A program made the position numbers and the translations under genes. The notes under the pieces were generated by a model, which was given only the letters and a program-made list of their open reading frames with translations, ran no database searches and was not told where the DNA came from. From the NCBI RefSeq assembly GCF_000698785.1, contig NZ_CP007536.1, positions 210,001-242,000 on the forward strand: a stretch of DNA of 32,000 nucleotides, in the 5' to 3' direction. Below are positions 1 to 8,466 of this stretch, piece by piece; positions within the stretch are counted from its first letter, which is position 1; every line of letters starts with the position of its first letter. Origin of the DNA: Nitrososphaera viennensis EN76. GTDB taxonomy: Archaea; Thermoproteota; Nitrososphaeria; Nitrososphaerales; Nitrososphaeraceae.

Positions 1-94
1 GCTACTTTTTCAAGCGAATCCACGACGGGCAGCCTTGATGACGACGATGACATGTCTGTATGTGTATGTACATATCTGCAAGAGGCAGAAGCTT

Positions 95-355
95 TTATGG
101 GTTATCGCGCCTTTTCTTGTATCCCACGGCAAGCACTATGGCGCCGGCGACTGCTGCAAACAGCGAATAGACGTACGAGTTTGTGATGATAAAGCAGTTG
201 CGCTCAAGTTCGTCAAGGGCGGCCGGCGGGTACGTCGAGCGGTCGACGCCTGCAAGCTGCGAAAGGCACGAATAGCCCTGGAAGTTGAGGAAAAGGGCAA
301 GGCCTCCTCCTACCGCGACAAGGGCGATGCCTGTTATCAGGTACTTGGCCTGCAA
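95..355 (-). CDS. small membrane protein (2 predicted TM helices), unknown function
   Basis: 86-aa ORF starting 7 nt downstream of the stop of the 363..1352 gene on the same strand. It has two hydrophobic segments (ITGIALVAVGGGLALFL, LFAAVAGAIVLAVGY) and a basic tail KKRRDNP. The opposite-strand ORFs 35..418 and 285..749 look like shadow ORFs. Confidence 0.45.
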   Translation of the reverse strand: MQAKYLITGIALVAVGGGLALFLNFQGYSCLSQLAGVDRSTYPPAALDELERNCFIITNSYVYSLFAAVAGAIVLAVGYKKRRDNP

Positions 356-362
356 TTTGCTG

Positions 363-1352
363 CTACCCCTGCTTCTCTTCTTCTTCTCCTTTCTTTTTTC
401 CGTACGTGCCTTCCCTAATCTGCCTGATGACGTCCAGCACGTCGTCTGCGTCCTCTGCCTCGGGGTCGACTTCGAGGTACGCGTTCAGAGCGTCAAGCGC
501 TTCTTCCGTCCTGCCCTTCTTCAGGAGCACGACTCCCTTGTCGCGTATTGCGTCAGGGTTGTACTGGTCAATGGCAAGCACCATCTCGTTTGCGACCTCG
601 TAGCGCTCCATGTCCTGCGCTTCGTAGTAGCTGCTCTTCAGGTTGTTGAGCATCCTGGTCATCACCTGTGCGCTCGTGGCCTTTTCCACGAACGCGTGCG
701 TCATGGCGATGTTCTGGTGCGGGTACGAGCGCTCAAGGAGCGCCTTTAGCGCATAGTCGTCCATTATCCTGCCGCCGTTGAACGGGTCGACGATTATCTC
801 GCCGTTGTCCCCCTCCATCACGTGCTTTGCCAGAAAATGCGCCGGAAAGTTCACGGGGAGCATGGGAAACCCTGCGCCCTGCGCAATGCGCATGTAAAGG
901 ATTGAAAGCGTTATCGGGATTCCCACCTTGCGCTCGAGCACTACGTTGAGGTAGCTGTTGAGCGGGTTGTAATAGTCGTCCGTGTTTGGCCTGAACTTCT
1001 GGTCGTTGAACAGGTACTCGTTTATCTGCCCGATTATCAGGGTCGGCCTGGTTATGCCCTTGCTTTTCAGCGTGTGCGCAATCTTTGCTCCCATCCCGTC
1101 GATGCTGGCCAGAGTCGCGTTCACGTCAAGGTCCGGGTACGCAAGTATCCTTGCAAGGTTGAGCGCGTGTTCGGCAAGTTTTGTAGGATCGTCTCCTGAC
1201 ACCACGTGCCTGACCACGCAGTCTTGCCAGTCCCGTACCGCAGAATCGATATTTAGGCCGGCCACTTGTTCACTACACACACCGCTCGCACACATATATT
1301 TATGTTCGAGGACGCGGGCCGTGCGTGGCCCTGATATAAAGAACTGTATCAT
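363..1352 (-). CDS. SirB1/YchA-like transglutaminase-like protein with C-terminal TPR-like helices (tentative)
   Basis: 329-aa ORF. The segment GIPITLSILYMRIAQGAGFPMLPVNFPAHFLAKH resembles the core of the UPF0162/SirB1 family and is followed by TPR-like helices and an acidic/Lys tail. The start is uncertain because the first ~20 codons cross an alternating Pu/Py tract; the ATG at 1295 is an alternative. Confidence 0.6.
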   Translation of the reverse strand: MIQFFISGPRTARVLEHKYMCASGVCSEQVAGLNIDSAVRDWQDCVVRHVVSGDDPTKLAEHALNLARILAYPDLDVNATLASIDGMGAKIAHTLKSKGITRPTLIIGQINEYLFNDQKFRPNTDDYYNPLNSYLNVVLERKVGIPITLSILYMRIAQGAGFPMLPVNFPAHFLAKHVMEGDNGEIIVDPFNGGRIMDDYALKALLERSYPHQNIAMTHAFVEKATSAQVMTRMLNNLKSSYYEAQDMERYEVANEMVLAIDQYNPDAIRDKGVVLLKKGRTEEALDALNAYLEVDPEAEDADDVLDVIRQIREGTYGKKKGEEEEKQG

Positions 1353-1490
1353 AAAATTGAAAAACTACGATAAATAGCGAATAAATTAGCTTTTTGATAA
1401 TTGCTTGCATTTCAAGATAATTCAAAATACTTGCAAGCGTTGGAAAATTTAACTAAATGCTTTTATTCAAACCTCATTGCTCTGACCTCC

Positions 1491-2999
1491 ATGAATGCAG
1501 ACAGTAAAGCAAAGTCTTTACTTAGTTTCAGGCTCGGCCTGGCAAGTCTGGCTGCAGTTGTAATGGCGCTGGTGGCGGTCGGTTATACCGGCAGCGCCTT
1601 TGCATACGCTCCAGATGACCCTGCCGTGCCATATCACTGCTGGCAGACAAACGAGGACGGCACATTTGTGATCCAGACGGGCGAAGACGGCAGCCAGAAC
1701 CTGGTGCCCTGTGAGATAAACACGGGTGACCACGCGTGGATGCTGACATCTTCGGCGCTCGTGCTCATGATGACTCCTGCGGGCCTCGCAATCTTTTACG
1801 GCGGCCTTGCAAGGCAAAAGAACGCGGTAAACACGCTGCACATGGTGTTCATCACCACAGGCGTGATCGGCATACAGTTTGTTCTCTGGGGATACAGCCT
1901 TGCATTCGGCCCTGACGCAGGCGGCTATGGCTTTATCGGGACGCTTGACTGGGCAGGCCTGCAGAACGTGCTCCATGACGTTCCATCAAGCCAGTACGCG
2001 ATCACCATCCCGCACACGACATTCATGGTATTCCAGATGATGTTCGCCATCATCACGCCAGCGCTTATCGTGGCGTCAGTGGCAGAGCGCATGAAGTTCA
2101 GCGCGTTCATCATCTTCATAGTGATATGGGCAACATTCGTCTACGACTTTGCCGCCCACTGGACGTGGCAGATAGCGGTACCGGACAACTATGGCATGAA
2201 CCCTGGCTACTGTGGCTTTGGCTGGACGGGATGCCTTGGCTCGCTTGACTTTGCAGGCGGAACTGTCATCCACATCACGTCAGGCTGGTCCGGCCTTGTC
2301 ATTGCCCTCATGCTCGGACGCAGGCTGGGCTATGGCAAGGTCCCGATGGAGCCGCACAACATCTCACTTGTGGTGCTCGGTGCAGCCCTGCTCTGGGTAG
2401 GCTGGTTCGGCTTTAACGCAGGTTCTGCTGGCGCGGCAGCAACAAACGCCGGCAGCGCGTTCGTAGCAACGCAGATTGCAACAGGCATGGCCGCAGTTAC
2501 ATGGGCGCTCATATCGTGGGCCCACACTGGAAGGCCGTCAACAATCGGCGCGGCATCCGGTGCAGTGGCAGGCCTCGTGGCCATCACGCCGGCATCCGGC
2601 TTTGTGTCGCCCATGTCTGCGATAATCATAGGCATAATTGCCTCGATTGTGTGCTACGCGGCAGTCGCGTTCAAGAACAAGCGCAAGTGGGACGATGCCC
2701 TTGACACATGGGGCGTGCACGGAGTCGGCGGTCTTGCAGGCGCAATCCTGACTGGCATCTTTGCGGAAAAGAGGTTCACATCGTGGGGAGACAATGGCCT
2801 TGCATTTGGCAACCCTGCCCAGCTCTACGAAAACGCGGTCGGCGCGTTTGCCGCACTCGCATGGGCTATGGGCCTGACGGCTGTCATAATCAAGATCATG
2901 GACGTGGTCTGGCCCGGTGGAATCCGCGTGACGCCAAAGGAAGAGGAAGTCGGCCTCGACCTTGCGCAGCACGGCGAGAGGGCGTACGTGACAGAATAG
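1491..2999 (+). CDS. amt: ammonium transporter (Amt/MEP family) with N-terminal signal peptide
   Basis: Amt signatures are present: DFAGGTVIHITSGWSGLVIALMLGRR, LWVGWFGFNAGSA, DTWGVHGVGGLAGAILTGIFA. About 11 TM segments. I chose the ATG at 1491 (MNADSKAK... signal-like LASLAAVVMALVAVGYTGSAFA) over the TTG at 1401 because a TTTATT box lies 23 nt upstream of 1491. Confidence 0.93.
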   Translation: MNADSKAKSLLSFRLGLASLAAVVMALVAVGYTGSAFAYAPDDPAVPYHCWQTNEDGTFVIQTGEDGSQNLVPCEINTGDHAWMLTSSALVLMMTPAGLAIFYGGLARQKNAVNTLHMVFITTGVIGIQFVLWGYSLAFGPDAGGYGFIGTLDWAGLQNVLHDVPSSQYAITIPHTTFMVFQMMFAIITPALIVASVAERMKFSAFIIFIVIWATFVYDFAAHWTWQIAVPDNYGMNPGYCGFGWTGCLGSLDFAGGTVIHITSGWSGLVIALMLGRRLGYGKVPMEPHNISLVVLGAALLWVGWFGFNAGSAGAAATNAGSAFVATQIATGMAAVTWALISWAHTGRPSTIGAASGAVAGLVAITPASGFVSPMSAIIIGIIASIVCYAAVAFKNKRKWDDALDTWGVHGVGGLAGAILTGIFAEKRFTSWGDNGLAFGNPAQLYENAVGAFAALAWAMGLTAVIIKIMDVVWPGGIRVTPKEEEVGLDLAQHGERAYVTE

Positions 3000-3012
3000 G
3001 AGGCAACAACCC

Positions 3013-3047
3013 GGAGGCTTTGTGCCTCCACCCACTTTTTCCTTTTT
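3013..3047 (+). terminator. hairpin plus two T5 tracts downstream of amt
   Basis: GGAGGC (3013-3018) pairs with GCCTCC (3024-3029) across a 5-nt loop. TTTTT follows at 3036-3040 and 3043-3047, 14 nt after the amt stop codon. Oligo-T is the established archaeal termination signal. Confidence 0.45.
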
Positions 3048-3110
3048 CCAATCACAACTCTGGTTAACATTCGTTAACAAATCTTATATCCATGCTCGCA
3101 TGACGCTTGC

Positions 3111-3308
3111 TTGAGACATATCATGAGTTCTCGCGGCAACTTTACAAAGGGCCAGACGTGGGGGGCCCTGAAAAAGGCATGGAGGGGATACAAGATAGCC
3201 AAGGTGCAGGGAGACAGCGCCAAGATGAAAGAGTACGCGACCAAGATACGCACCCTGCAGGGCGAGCTTGGAGTAAAGCAGGCATCGTTTCCGGAACTTG
3301 GGATATAG
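3111..3308 (+). CDS. small basic protein, unknown function
   Basis: 65-aa ORF (TTG 3111, or ATG 3123 giving MSSRGNFTKGQTWG...). It is Lys-rich and helical-looking, with a TTATAT box at 3084-3089. The overlapping frame 3107..3376 is Arg/Gly-rich and looks like noise. Confidence 0.45.
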   Translation: MRHIMSSRGNFTKGQTWGALKKAWRGYKIAKVQGDSAKMKEYATKIRTLQGELGVKQASFPELGI

Positions 3309-3311
3309 TAG

Positions 3312-4478
3312 CTATTCGTAGACGGCGACTGCCCTTGTGCCCAGCTTCACAAGCATGGGCCCTACAAAAGTGGTGAGCGCGACTACCATGCCCACTATGG
3401 GGAACAGGAACGGGCTTACCACGCCAAGATCCTGGCCAGTCTTGAGCACGATGAACGAAAACTCGCCCAGCTGCGCCATGCTCAGGCCGATGCCTATTGC
3501 AAACGTCTTTTCAAAGCCAAACACCCTGACGCCGGCATAGACAGCGCCCATCTTGCCAAGCACCGTGACTGCGGTAATTATTGCAACGGGCACCCAGAAA
3601 AGCGAGATCATCGACAAGTCCATTAGCGCGCCAATCGTCACGAAAAATATCGCGGTAAATATCTCCCGGGTGGGAGTAATGAGGTTTGACACCTGCTCTG
3701 AAAACCTTGTGCCGGCGATGATGACGCCGGCAAGGAACGCGCCCGTGGCGGCAGAAAAGCCAAGTTCGTGCGAGAGAAACGCAAACCCAAAGGCGGTGCC
3801 AAGGGCAAACATGACCGTTACCTCGTAGCGCTCCAGCTTTGCAATTAGCGCAAAGATCTTGGGCATGAGGATGACGCCGGCGGCAATAGTTCCTCCGATG
3901 AAGAGCCCTATCTGGCCGATTGTCACAAGGATCTGCACAAAGTCAAACGAGCCGCTGGCCACGCCGGCGTGCATGGCGCTTATCATGACGACTGCGACCA
4001 GGTCCTCTATGACGAGGACGCCTATCATGAGTATCGAAGATGTCGCCTCCATCTTGCCCATGTCTTCGAGCACCTTGACGATTATCGCGGTGGAGCTGAT
4101 GGAAAGGGCTGCTGCAAGAAACATCGAGTCGTAGAACGACCACCCAAAGCCCGCGCCCACAGCAAAACCGATTCCAAGCATGGCAAGCACTTCAATGACT
4201 GCGATGCCTGTCCCTATCTTGCCTATTGCGCGAAGCTGCCTGAGCGGGAACGAGAGGCCGACGCCAAAGAGGAGGAGCACGATGGCGATGTCAGTGAAGC
4301 TGTTGAGCATCTCTGTGTTCTGGATGAGCTTGAACGGCCCAAAAGGGCCGATGAGGATGCCGGCGACAAGAAAGCCGAGGATCATCGGCTGCTTGAATAT
4401 GTAGGCCAGCGCGCCGATGCCGGAGCACAACAAAAGCAGATACCCCAGGTCTCCTACGAGCTCTATACCTACTGCCAA
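3312..4478 (-). CDS. cation:proton antiporter (CPA2 / Kef-type Na+/H+ exchanger family), membrane domain only
   Basis: 388 aa, about 11-12 TM helices, Gly/Ala/Ile-rich, typical of the sodium/hydrogen exchanger family. No RCK/TrkA domain is encoded. Confidence 0.85.
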   Translation of the reverse strand: MAVGIELVGDLGYLLLLCSGIGALAYIFKQPMILGFLVAGILIGPFGPFKLIQNTEMLNSFTDIAIVLLLFGVGLSFPLRQLRAIGKIGTGIAVIEVLAMLGIGFAVGAGFGWSFYDSMFLAAALSISSTAIIVKVLEDMGKMEATSSILMIGVLVIEDLVAVVMISAMHAGVASGSFDFVQILVTIGQIGLFIGGTIAAGVILMPKIFALIAKLERYEVTVMFALGTAFGFAFLSHELGFSAATGAFLAGVIIAGTRFSEQVSNLITPTREIFTAIFFVTIGALMDLSMISLFWVPVAIITAVTVLGKMGAVYAGVRVFGFEKTFAIGIGLSMAQLGEFSFIVLKTGQDLGVVSPFLFPIVGMVVALTTFVGPMLVKLGTRAVAVYE

Positions 4479-4615
4479 TGCTTTTTTCTACCAAGAAAAA
4501 TCATGAAATTGCTTTATAACGGCAAGTCAACAATACTTTTCAAACAACAATCATTTTTTTGATGCATAAATTGTGCACTAGGATTAAATACTTCCTGCTC
4601 TTTGACGGTAAATGC

Positions 4616-4792
4616 TTGGAGCCCAAAGAGAGGGAAGCAGAGATAATAAGCGAGATCCTGCTCAAGGCAGCCAGCGAGCCCGAATTCCGAAACAGCCTGA
4701 TACGCGACCCTGCGGCCGTGCTTGAAATGTACAACGTTTCGCCGCAGGCCAAGATGGTCATAAAGAGGACCATAATCGACCTGACGCAATAG
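4616..4792 (+). CDS. small helical protein, NHLP/nitrile-hydratase-leader-like (tentative)
   Basis: The ORF is open from 4559. I favour the in-frame TTG at 4616 because a TTAAATA box (4584-4590) lies 25 nt upstream. The segment AASEPEFRNSLIRDPAAVLEMYNVSPQAK resembles the D-x-x-F-x-x-x-L-x-x-D/N-P-x-A pattern of NHLP-type leaders. Confidence 0.45.
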   Translation: MEPKEREAEIISEILLKAASEPEFRNSLIRDPAAVLEMYNVSPQAKMVIKRTIIDLTQ

Positions 4793-4804
4793 AGAGTATC
4801 TGTA

Positions 4805-5677
4805 CTACCACTTTCTGCCCGCGTCCTGCCTCATGTGGTAGTAGAGGAACTGCTGTGCATAGCCCGCGTACCTGCCAAAGTACCTGCGCGCGGCTTCCGA
4901 TACTTCGATATATTGGCGTCCGGTCAGCTTCTTTTCGCTCATTTTCTTACCGGCAAGCCAGCCGTAGTGGCTTGCAAGTGCGCGCGCTATCCAGACGTCT
5001 ATTGGAAAGGCGTCCAGCTTGTCCAGCGAAAAGAGCAGTATGCAGTCTGCTATTTTGGGGCCGATTCCGTGCACCTTTAGCAGTTCGGCCCTGGCCTCGC
5101 CGTAATCTGCTTTTTTAAGGTAATCAAGATCAAGCGAGCCGTCTGCCATCGCCCCTGCCGCCGCTTTTATCGCCTTTGCCCTGTAGCCCAGGCCGCAGGC
5201 GCGAAGCTCGCTTTCAGAAGTTTTGTGAAGCGCCTGCACCGAAGGAAAAGTGTGAAACTCTTTGCCGTCGGCGACTACCTTCTGGCCGTACTTTCTTGAC
5301 AGCGCGCCAAGCATCCTCCGTATCATGGGTATGTTGGTGTTGCTTGCGCACGCAAACGAGATGATGCACTGCACAGGGTCCTGCCTCATGAGCCTGAGCC
5401 CCGGATAAGATGCAACCAGTTTTTGCACGAGCGGGTCCCTGGCAATCTCTGCAAATATAGCGTCGGTGTCGTCGTCAAGCCGGAACATGCTGCGCTCCAC
5501 GTCTTTTTCTTCCGGAAACGACTCGAAGACGAGCACGCCATCCTGGTTTGAAAACTTTACCACCTTGTCTGCGTGTATGCCGTACCATGCCTGCCCCGAC
5601 TTTTCCCAGAGAAAGACCTGGCCGCTGTTGACGCTTGTCTCCGGGTCAAAACGCGTAAGGAGCGGCGGCTGCCTCAA
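4805..5677 (-). CDS. ogg: 8-oxoguanine DNA glycosylase / AP lyase (OGG1 type, HhH-GPD superfamily)
   Basis: The N-terminal SGQVFLWEK resembles the OGG_N motif SGQSFRW. The HhH-GPD region is LKVHGIGPKIADCILLFSLDKLDAFPIDVWI, with the catalytic Lys and Asp in their usual places. Confidence 0.85.
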   Translation of the reverse strand: MRQPPLLTRFDPETSVNSGQVFLWEKSGQAWYGIHADKVVKFSNQDGVLVFESFPEEKDVERSMFRLDDDTDAIFAEIARDPLVQKLVASYPGLRLMRQDPVQCIISFACASNTNIPMIRRMLGALSRKYGQKVVADGKEFHTFPSVQALHKTSESELRACGLGYRAKAIKAAAGAMADGSLDLDYLKKADYGEARAELLKVHGIGPKIADCILLFSLDKLDAFPIDVWIARALASHYGWLAGKKMSEKKLTGRQYIEVSEAARRYFGRYAGYAQQFLYYHMRQDAGRKW

Positions 5678-5972
5678 CCTGTGCTGCTTCTTGAGGCTTG
5701 GCTTATTGAACTTTTTTTCTGCGCCGCGATGCCGGGAAGTTTACTGCCATGGTGAAGTAATAGAAAACGCATCGATCGTGTCTTTAAAGAGCTCTTTACA
5801 TTTAGTATGGGTATAAATTTTTTATGATAATTATGTAAAATAGATATTTTATGTTAAAAAGATATTTCTAGTATAATAAACTAATTTCAAAATATATGAA
5901 ACTGGGCATTAAGATAAAAATTCACACCGAGTTAGGGAATGGGAAACCAGACATTGCAGAAGAGGATTTCGT

Positions 5973-6350
5973 ATGCTTGCCGATACTCTTTTGAAAGAAA
6001 TAATGGACGCAAACGAGCACGTAGTTGCAGCTCTTTTCATTGAAGACGGGCAGTTGACGATATGGCGTGGAAGAGACGACGTGGCATTGCCTCCAGAAAA
6101 TAAGGTAAAAGACCTGCTCTTTCAAAGATTACTGATCAACGCATTACTCAGCGCCAAGAAAGAATACACGGGAAAACTTCATTTCGACCTGACTCGGTAC
6201 GACCTGATTGACATGGTGCATTTTGGGTGGGTCAGGGCAGAAAAAGAAGTTATCCTGTTGATCATAATGTTGAAATCAACGAATGTTCTTGCGGAAATCG
6301 AGAAATTTCAGACCTTGATCAGCCAATGGAAATCTCTTTCTGACGTCTAA
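5973..6350 (+). CDS. hypothetical protein, possibly Roadblock/LC7 (MglB-like) fold
   Basis: 125-aa ORF in an AT-rich stretch. The N-terminal LLKEIMDANEHVVAALFIEDGQLTIWRG resembles the Roadblock pattern of a helix followed by 'gv.ga.lvd.dG..la'. A late hydrophobic strand VILLIIML is also present. The fold call is pattern-based only. Confidence 0.45.
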   Translation: MLADTLLKEIMDANEHVVAALFIEDGQLTIWRGRDDVALPPENKVKDLLFQRLLINALLSAKKEYTGKLHFDLTRYDLIDMVHFGWVRAEKEVILLIIMLKSTNVLAEIEKFQTLISQWKSLSDV

Positions 6351-6609
6351 AAAGTGAAATAAATATCATATACGAGCTATTTGTCGAAAAGTGAAAAAGC
6401 CAACATTGCCCCTCAGGACAAACCAATCTGTAGGATAGCACTACCAAGTAGTTCTCTCTTTCACGTTTTATTTCTAAAAAGCGCCGCGTGCGAGCTATTT
6501 CTGTAAGTAATCGTGTTACTATCTCCGTTGATGTAAAACGTGGGCTGTTTTGGTCAGCTGAATGGAAAGGCTAACGTTAAATAAATGACCCGACCCCCAA
6601 TGCCTGCAC

Positions 6610-6924
6610 ATGAGCAGTAGTAGCAGCAACGACAACCCGACCGATCCCATCGAGGCTTTCAAGAAGGCGCTGGAGAAGGGTGGTGAGGCCCAGAAGGACT
6701 TTGCCCGCCAGTTTTCCGCGATGCAGGCAGACGCCATGCAGAACTACCTTGCCATGCTGCGCGGCCTGAGCTTTTACAACGCCATGTTCAAGACCACGGT
6801 CCAGAGCGGGGGCAGGATTTCCATACCGGAAGCCGAGAGGCAGGCGCTTGACATCGACGACGGCGACTTGGTGCAGGTGATAGTGATCCCCATAGAGCGC
6901 CGGAGAAAAAAGGCCGACGGCTAG
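6610..6924 (+). CDS. AbrB/SpoVT-domain DNA-binding protein with helical N-terminal half
   Basis: The C-terminal GGRISIPEAERQALDIDDGDLVQVIVIPI is a typical SpoVT/AbrB swapped-hairpin motif. A TTAAATA box at 6577-6583 lies 26 nt upstream of the ATG. The N-terminus has a Ser5 run. Confidence 0.7.
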   Translation: MSSSSSNDNPTDPIEAFKKALEKGGEAQKDFARQFSAMQADAMQNYLAMLRGLSFYNAMFKTTVQSGGRISIPEAERQALDIDDGDLVQVIVIPIERRRKKADG

Positions 6925-6933
6925 TAGCAGCAG

Positions 6934-7761
6934 CTAGGGGACAAGCTCTTCCTTTCCCGCAAGGAACTTTAGCACTATTCTGTTAAAAGTCTTCGGCTTT
7001 TCGATGTAGGGTGTGTGCCCGCAGTCCTTTATCACGACAAGCTCGTTGTTTGGCACTTCCCGGAACTCTTTGGCGTACTGGACAGGGATCATCCTGTCCT
7101 CGTCGCCCCATATCACCAGGGTCGGCGCGATTACCGACGACAGCCTGCCCCTGAGCGGCGGAGAGTACCTCATGCCAAGGAGCGTCGACATGAACGCGTA
7201 TTTCGCGTTTGGCAGGTTCATCCTCCTGACGAAATCTGTCACCGTCCCTTCATCGACTATGGACGGGTCGTGCGCCATGTCGCGGAACGCCTTCAGGGCG
7301 TTTTCGTACGTGGGGTAGAGCGCGGCCATTATGTACTGGTCAAGGATTGGAGTCGACGTGCGCATGACGCCCGCCGGCGAGGCAAGCGCCAACTTGTCAA
7401 TCTTGCGCCTGTTGCGGATAGCGTACTCTGCGGCCAGGTGGCCGCCAAAGGACGAGCCGACGATGTGAGGCTTTTCGATGCCGAGGTTCTGGAGAAACTT
7501 GTCGAAAAAATCGGTGAAAAAGTCCATGGTGTATTCCACCGTGGGCTTGTCGCTGTACCCAAAGCCGACAATGTCCGGCACTATCACTCGGAAATATTTT
7601 GACAGAGTGGGCGCCACGAGCAGCCAGCGCTCCAGCGAGGCGCCTAGGCCGTGCAGGAGGACGAGGTCCTTGGCGCCCTTGGCTGGAGATCCGTAGTCGA
7701 GGTACCTTGTGGCAAGCCCGTTGACCTTTGTCATCCGCTGCGGCATAGCTTGTTCCTGCAA
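6934..7761 (-). CDS. alpha/beta-fold hydrolase (MhpC/BphD-like C-C hydrolase or esterase subfamily)
   Basis: HGLGAS oxyanion region, nucleophile elbow VGSSFGG (G-x-S-x-G), and catalytic His in VIKDCGHTPYIEKP. 275 aa. Confidence 0.85.
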   Translation of the reverse strand: MQEQAMPQRMTKVNGLATRYLDYGSPAKGAKDLVLLHGLGASLERWLLVAPTLSKYFRVIVPDIVGFGYSDKPTVEYTMDFFTDFFDKFLQNLGIEKPHIVGSSFGGHLAAEYAIRNRRKIDKLALASPAGVMRTSTPILDQYIMAALYPTYENALKAFRDMAHDPSIVDEGTVTDFVRRMNLPNAKYAFMSTLLGMRYSPPLRGRLSSVIAPTLVIWGDEDRMIPVQYAKEFREVPNNELVVIKDCGHTPYIEKPKTFNRIVLKFLAGKEELVP

Positions 7762-7949
7762 CAGATTTTATCTATAATTCTACCGCCAGTCCGTTAATAT
7801 AGTTATACGGTCAAAAACGGCGCAAAAGTGGCCGGGCGGTTTTTCTACCGTCGTACTCATCACCTTTGCCTGCAAAATCATTTACCCGTCGCACTGCGCA
7901 CTGTCAGTCAGTACAACACTCTTTTAAAAGATAATTCCGTAGGTCTTTT

Positions 7950-8258
7950 ATGAAAAACAGGAGCAGGATGGACATCGCTTCAGCCATGCTTGAGATAGCG
8001 CAGGGCGGGGCAATAAAGACCCGGATAATGTACAGCGCCTTTATTTCATTCCCGCAACTGAAGGAATACCTGGAGATCCTGGTGGACAGGGGCATGCTGG
8101 AATACGCCCCGAAGGAAGGGGTGTATCGCACCACGGAGAGCGGCAGGCGGTTTTTAAAGACGTACAAAGAAGTGGGACAGACGTTATACCCCAAAGAGAG
8201 CAAGATAACAAAGATAACTGCCACTACAACTACGACTACTGCCGCCGGCCTGCACTGA
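7950..8258 (+). CDS. small winged-helix transcription regulator (archaeal HTH_45-like)
   Basis: RMDIASAMLEIAQGGAIKTRIMYSAFISFPQLKEYLEILVDRGMLEY...YRTTESGRRFL matches the pattern of small archaeal wHTH proteins. The C-terminus has a Thr run (ATTTTTTAAGLH). Confidence 0.7.
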   Translation: MKNRSRMDIASAMLEIAQGGAIKTRIMYSAFISFPQLKEYLEILVDRGMLEYAPKEGVYRTTESGRRFLKTYKEVGQTLYPKESKITKITATTTTTTAAGLH

Positions 8259-8260
8259 CT

Positions 8261-8446
8261 CTAGACTTTGTGTTGCTGGGAAGAATATTCCTTTAGGAAC
8301 GCTTCCTTGATGCAGTTTGCCAGATTGCGGAGCTCGGTGTTATCGTTGAACTCGTTGAGCCGTATTGAGGAAAAGCCAAGCGATTCAAGGTCTCCCAGCA
8401 GGTAGGATTGCTCGTACGTCTCATCCTGAGAGTGAATCTCGGACAC
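8261..8446 (-). CDS. hypothetical small acidic protein
   Basis: 61-aa ORF convergent with the wHTH gene (stops 2 nt apart). No recognisable motif. The coding call rests only on ORF length and reasonable composition. Confidence 0.3.
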   Translation of the reverse strand: MSEIHSQDETYEQSYLLGDLESLGFSSIRLNEFNDNTELRNLANCIKEAFLKEYSSQQHKV

Positions 8447-8466
8447 AGGTTATTCAACGCCTAACT

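Noticed and set aside
3969-4562. 197-aa plus-strand ORF, and ORFs 3553..3828 and 3859..4134
   Set aside because: They are antisense to the CPA2 antiporter, whose frame gives an uninterrupted set of about 11-12 TM helices. The plus-strand products are charged, low-complexity shadows.
8222-8240. Runs of Thr/Ser codons at gene ends: wHTH C-terminal T6, AbrB-like N-terminal S5 (6613-6627), vapB TTTT, and ACC/ACA-rich DNA after the VSD gene (28640-28660)
   Set aside because: These recurrent short homopolymeric codon runs caught my eye, but they are short, lie in different contexts (coding and non-coding) and share no extended sequence. They are most simply compositional or slippage noise.
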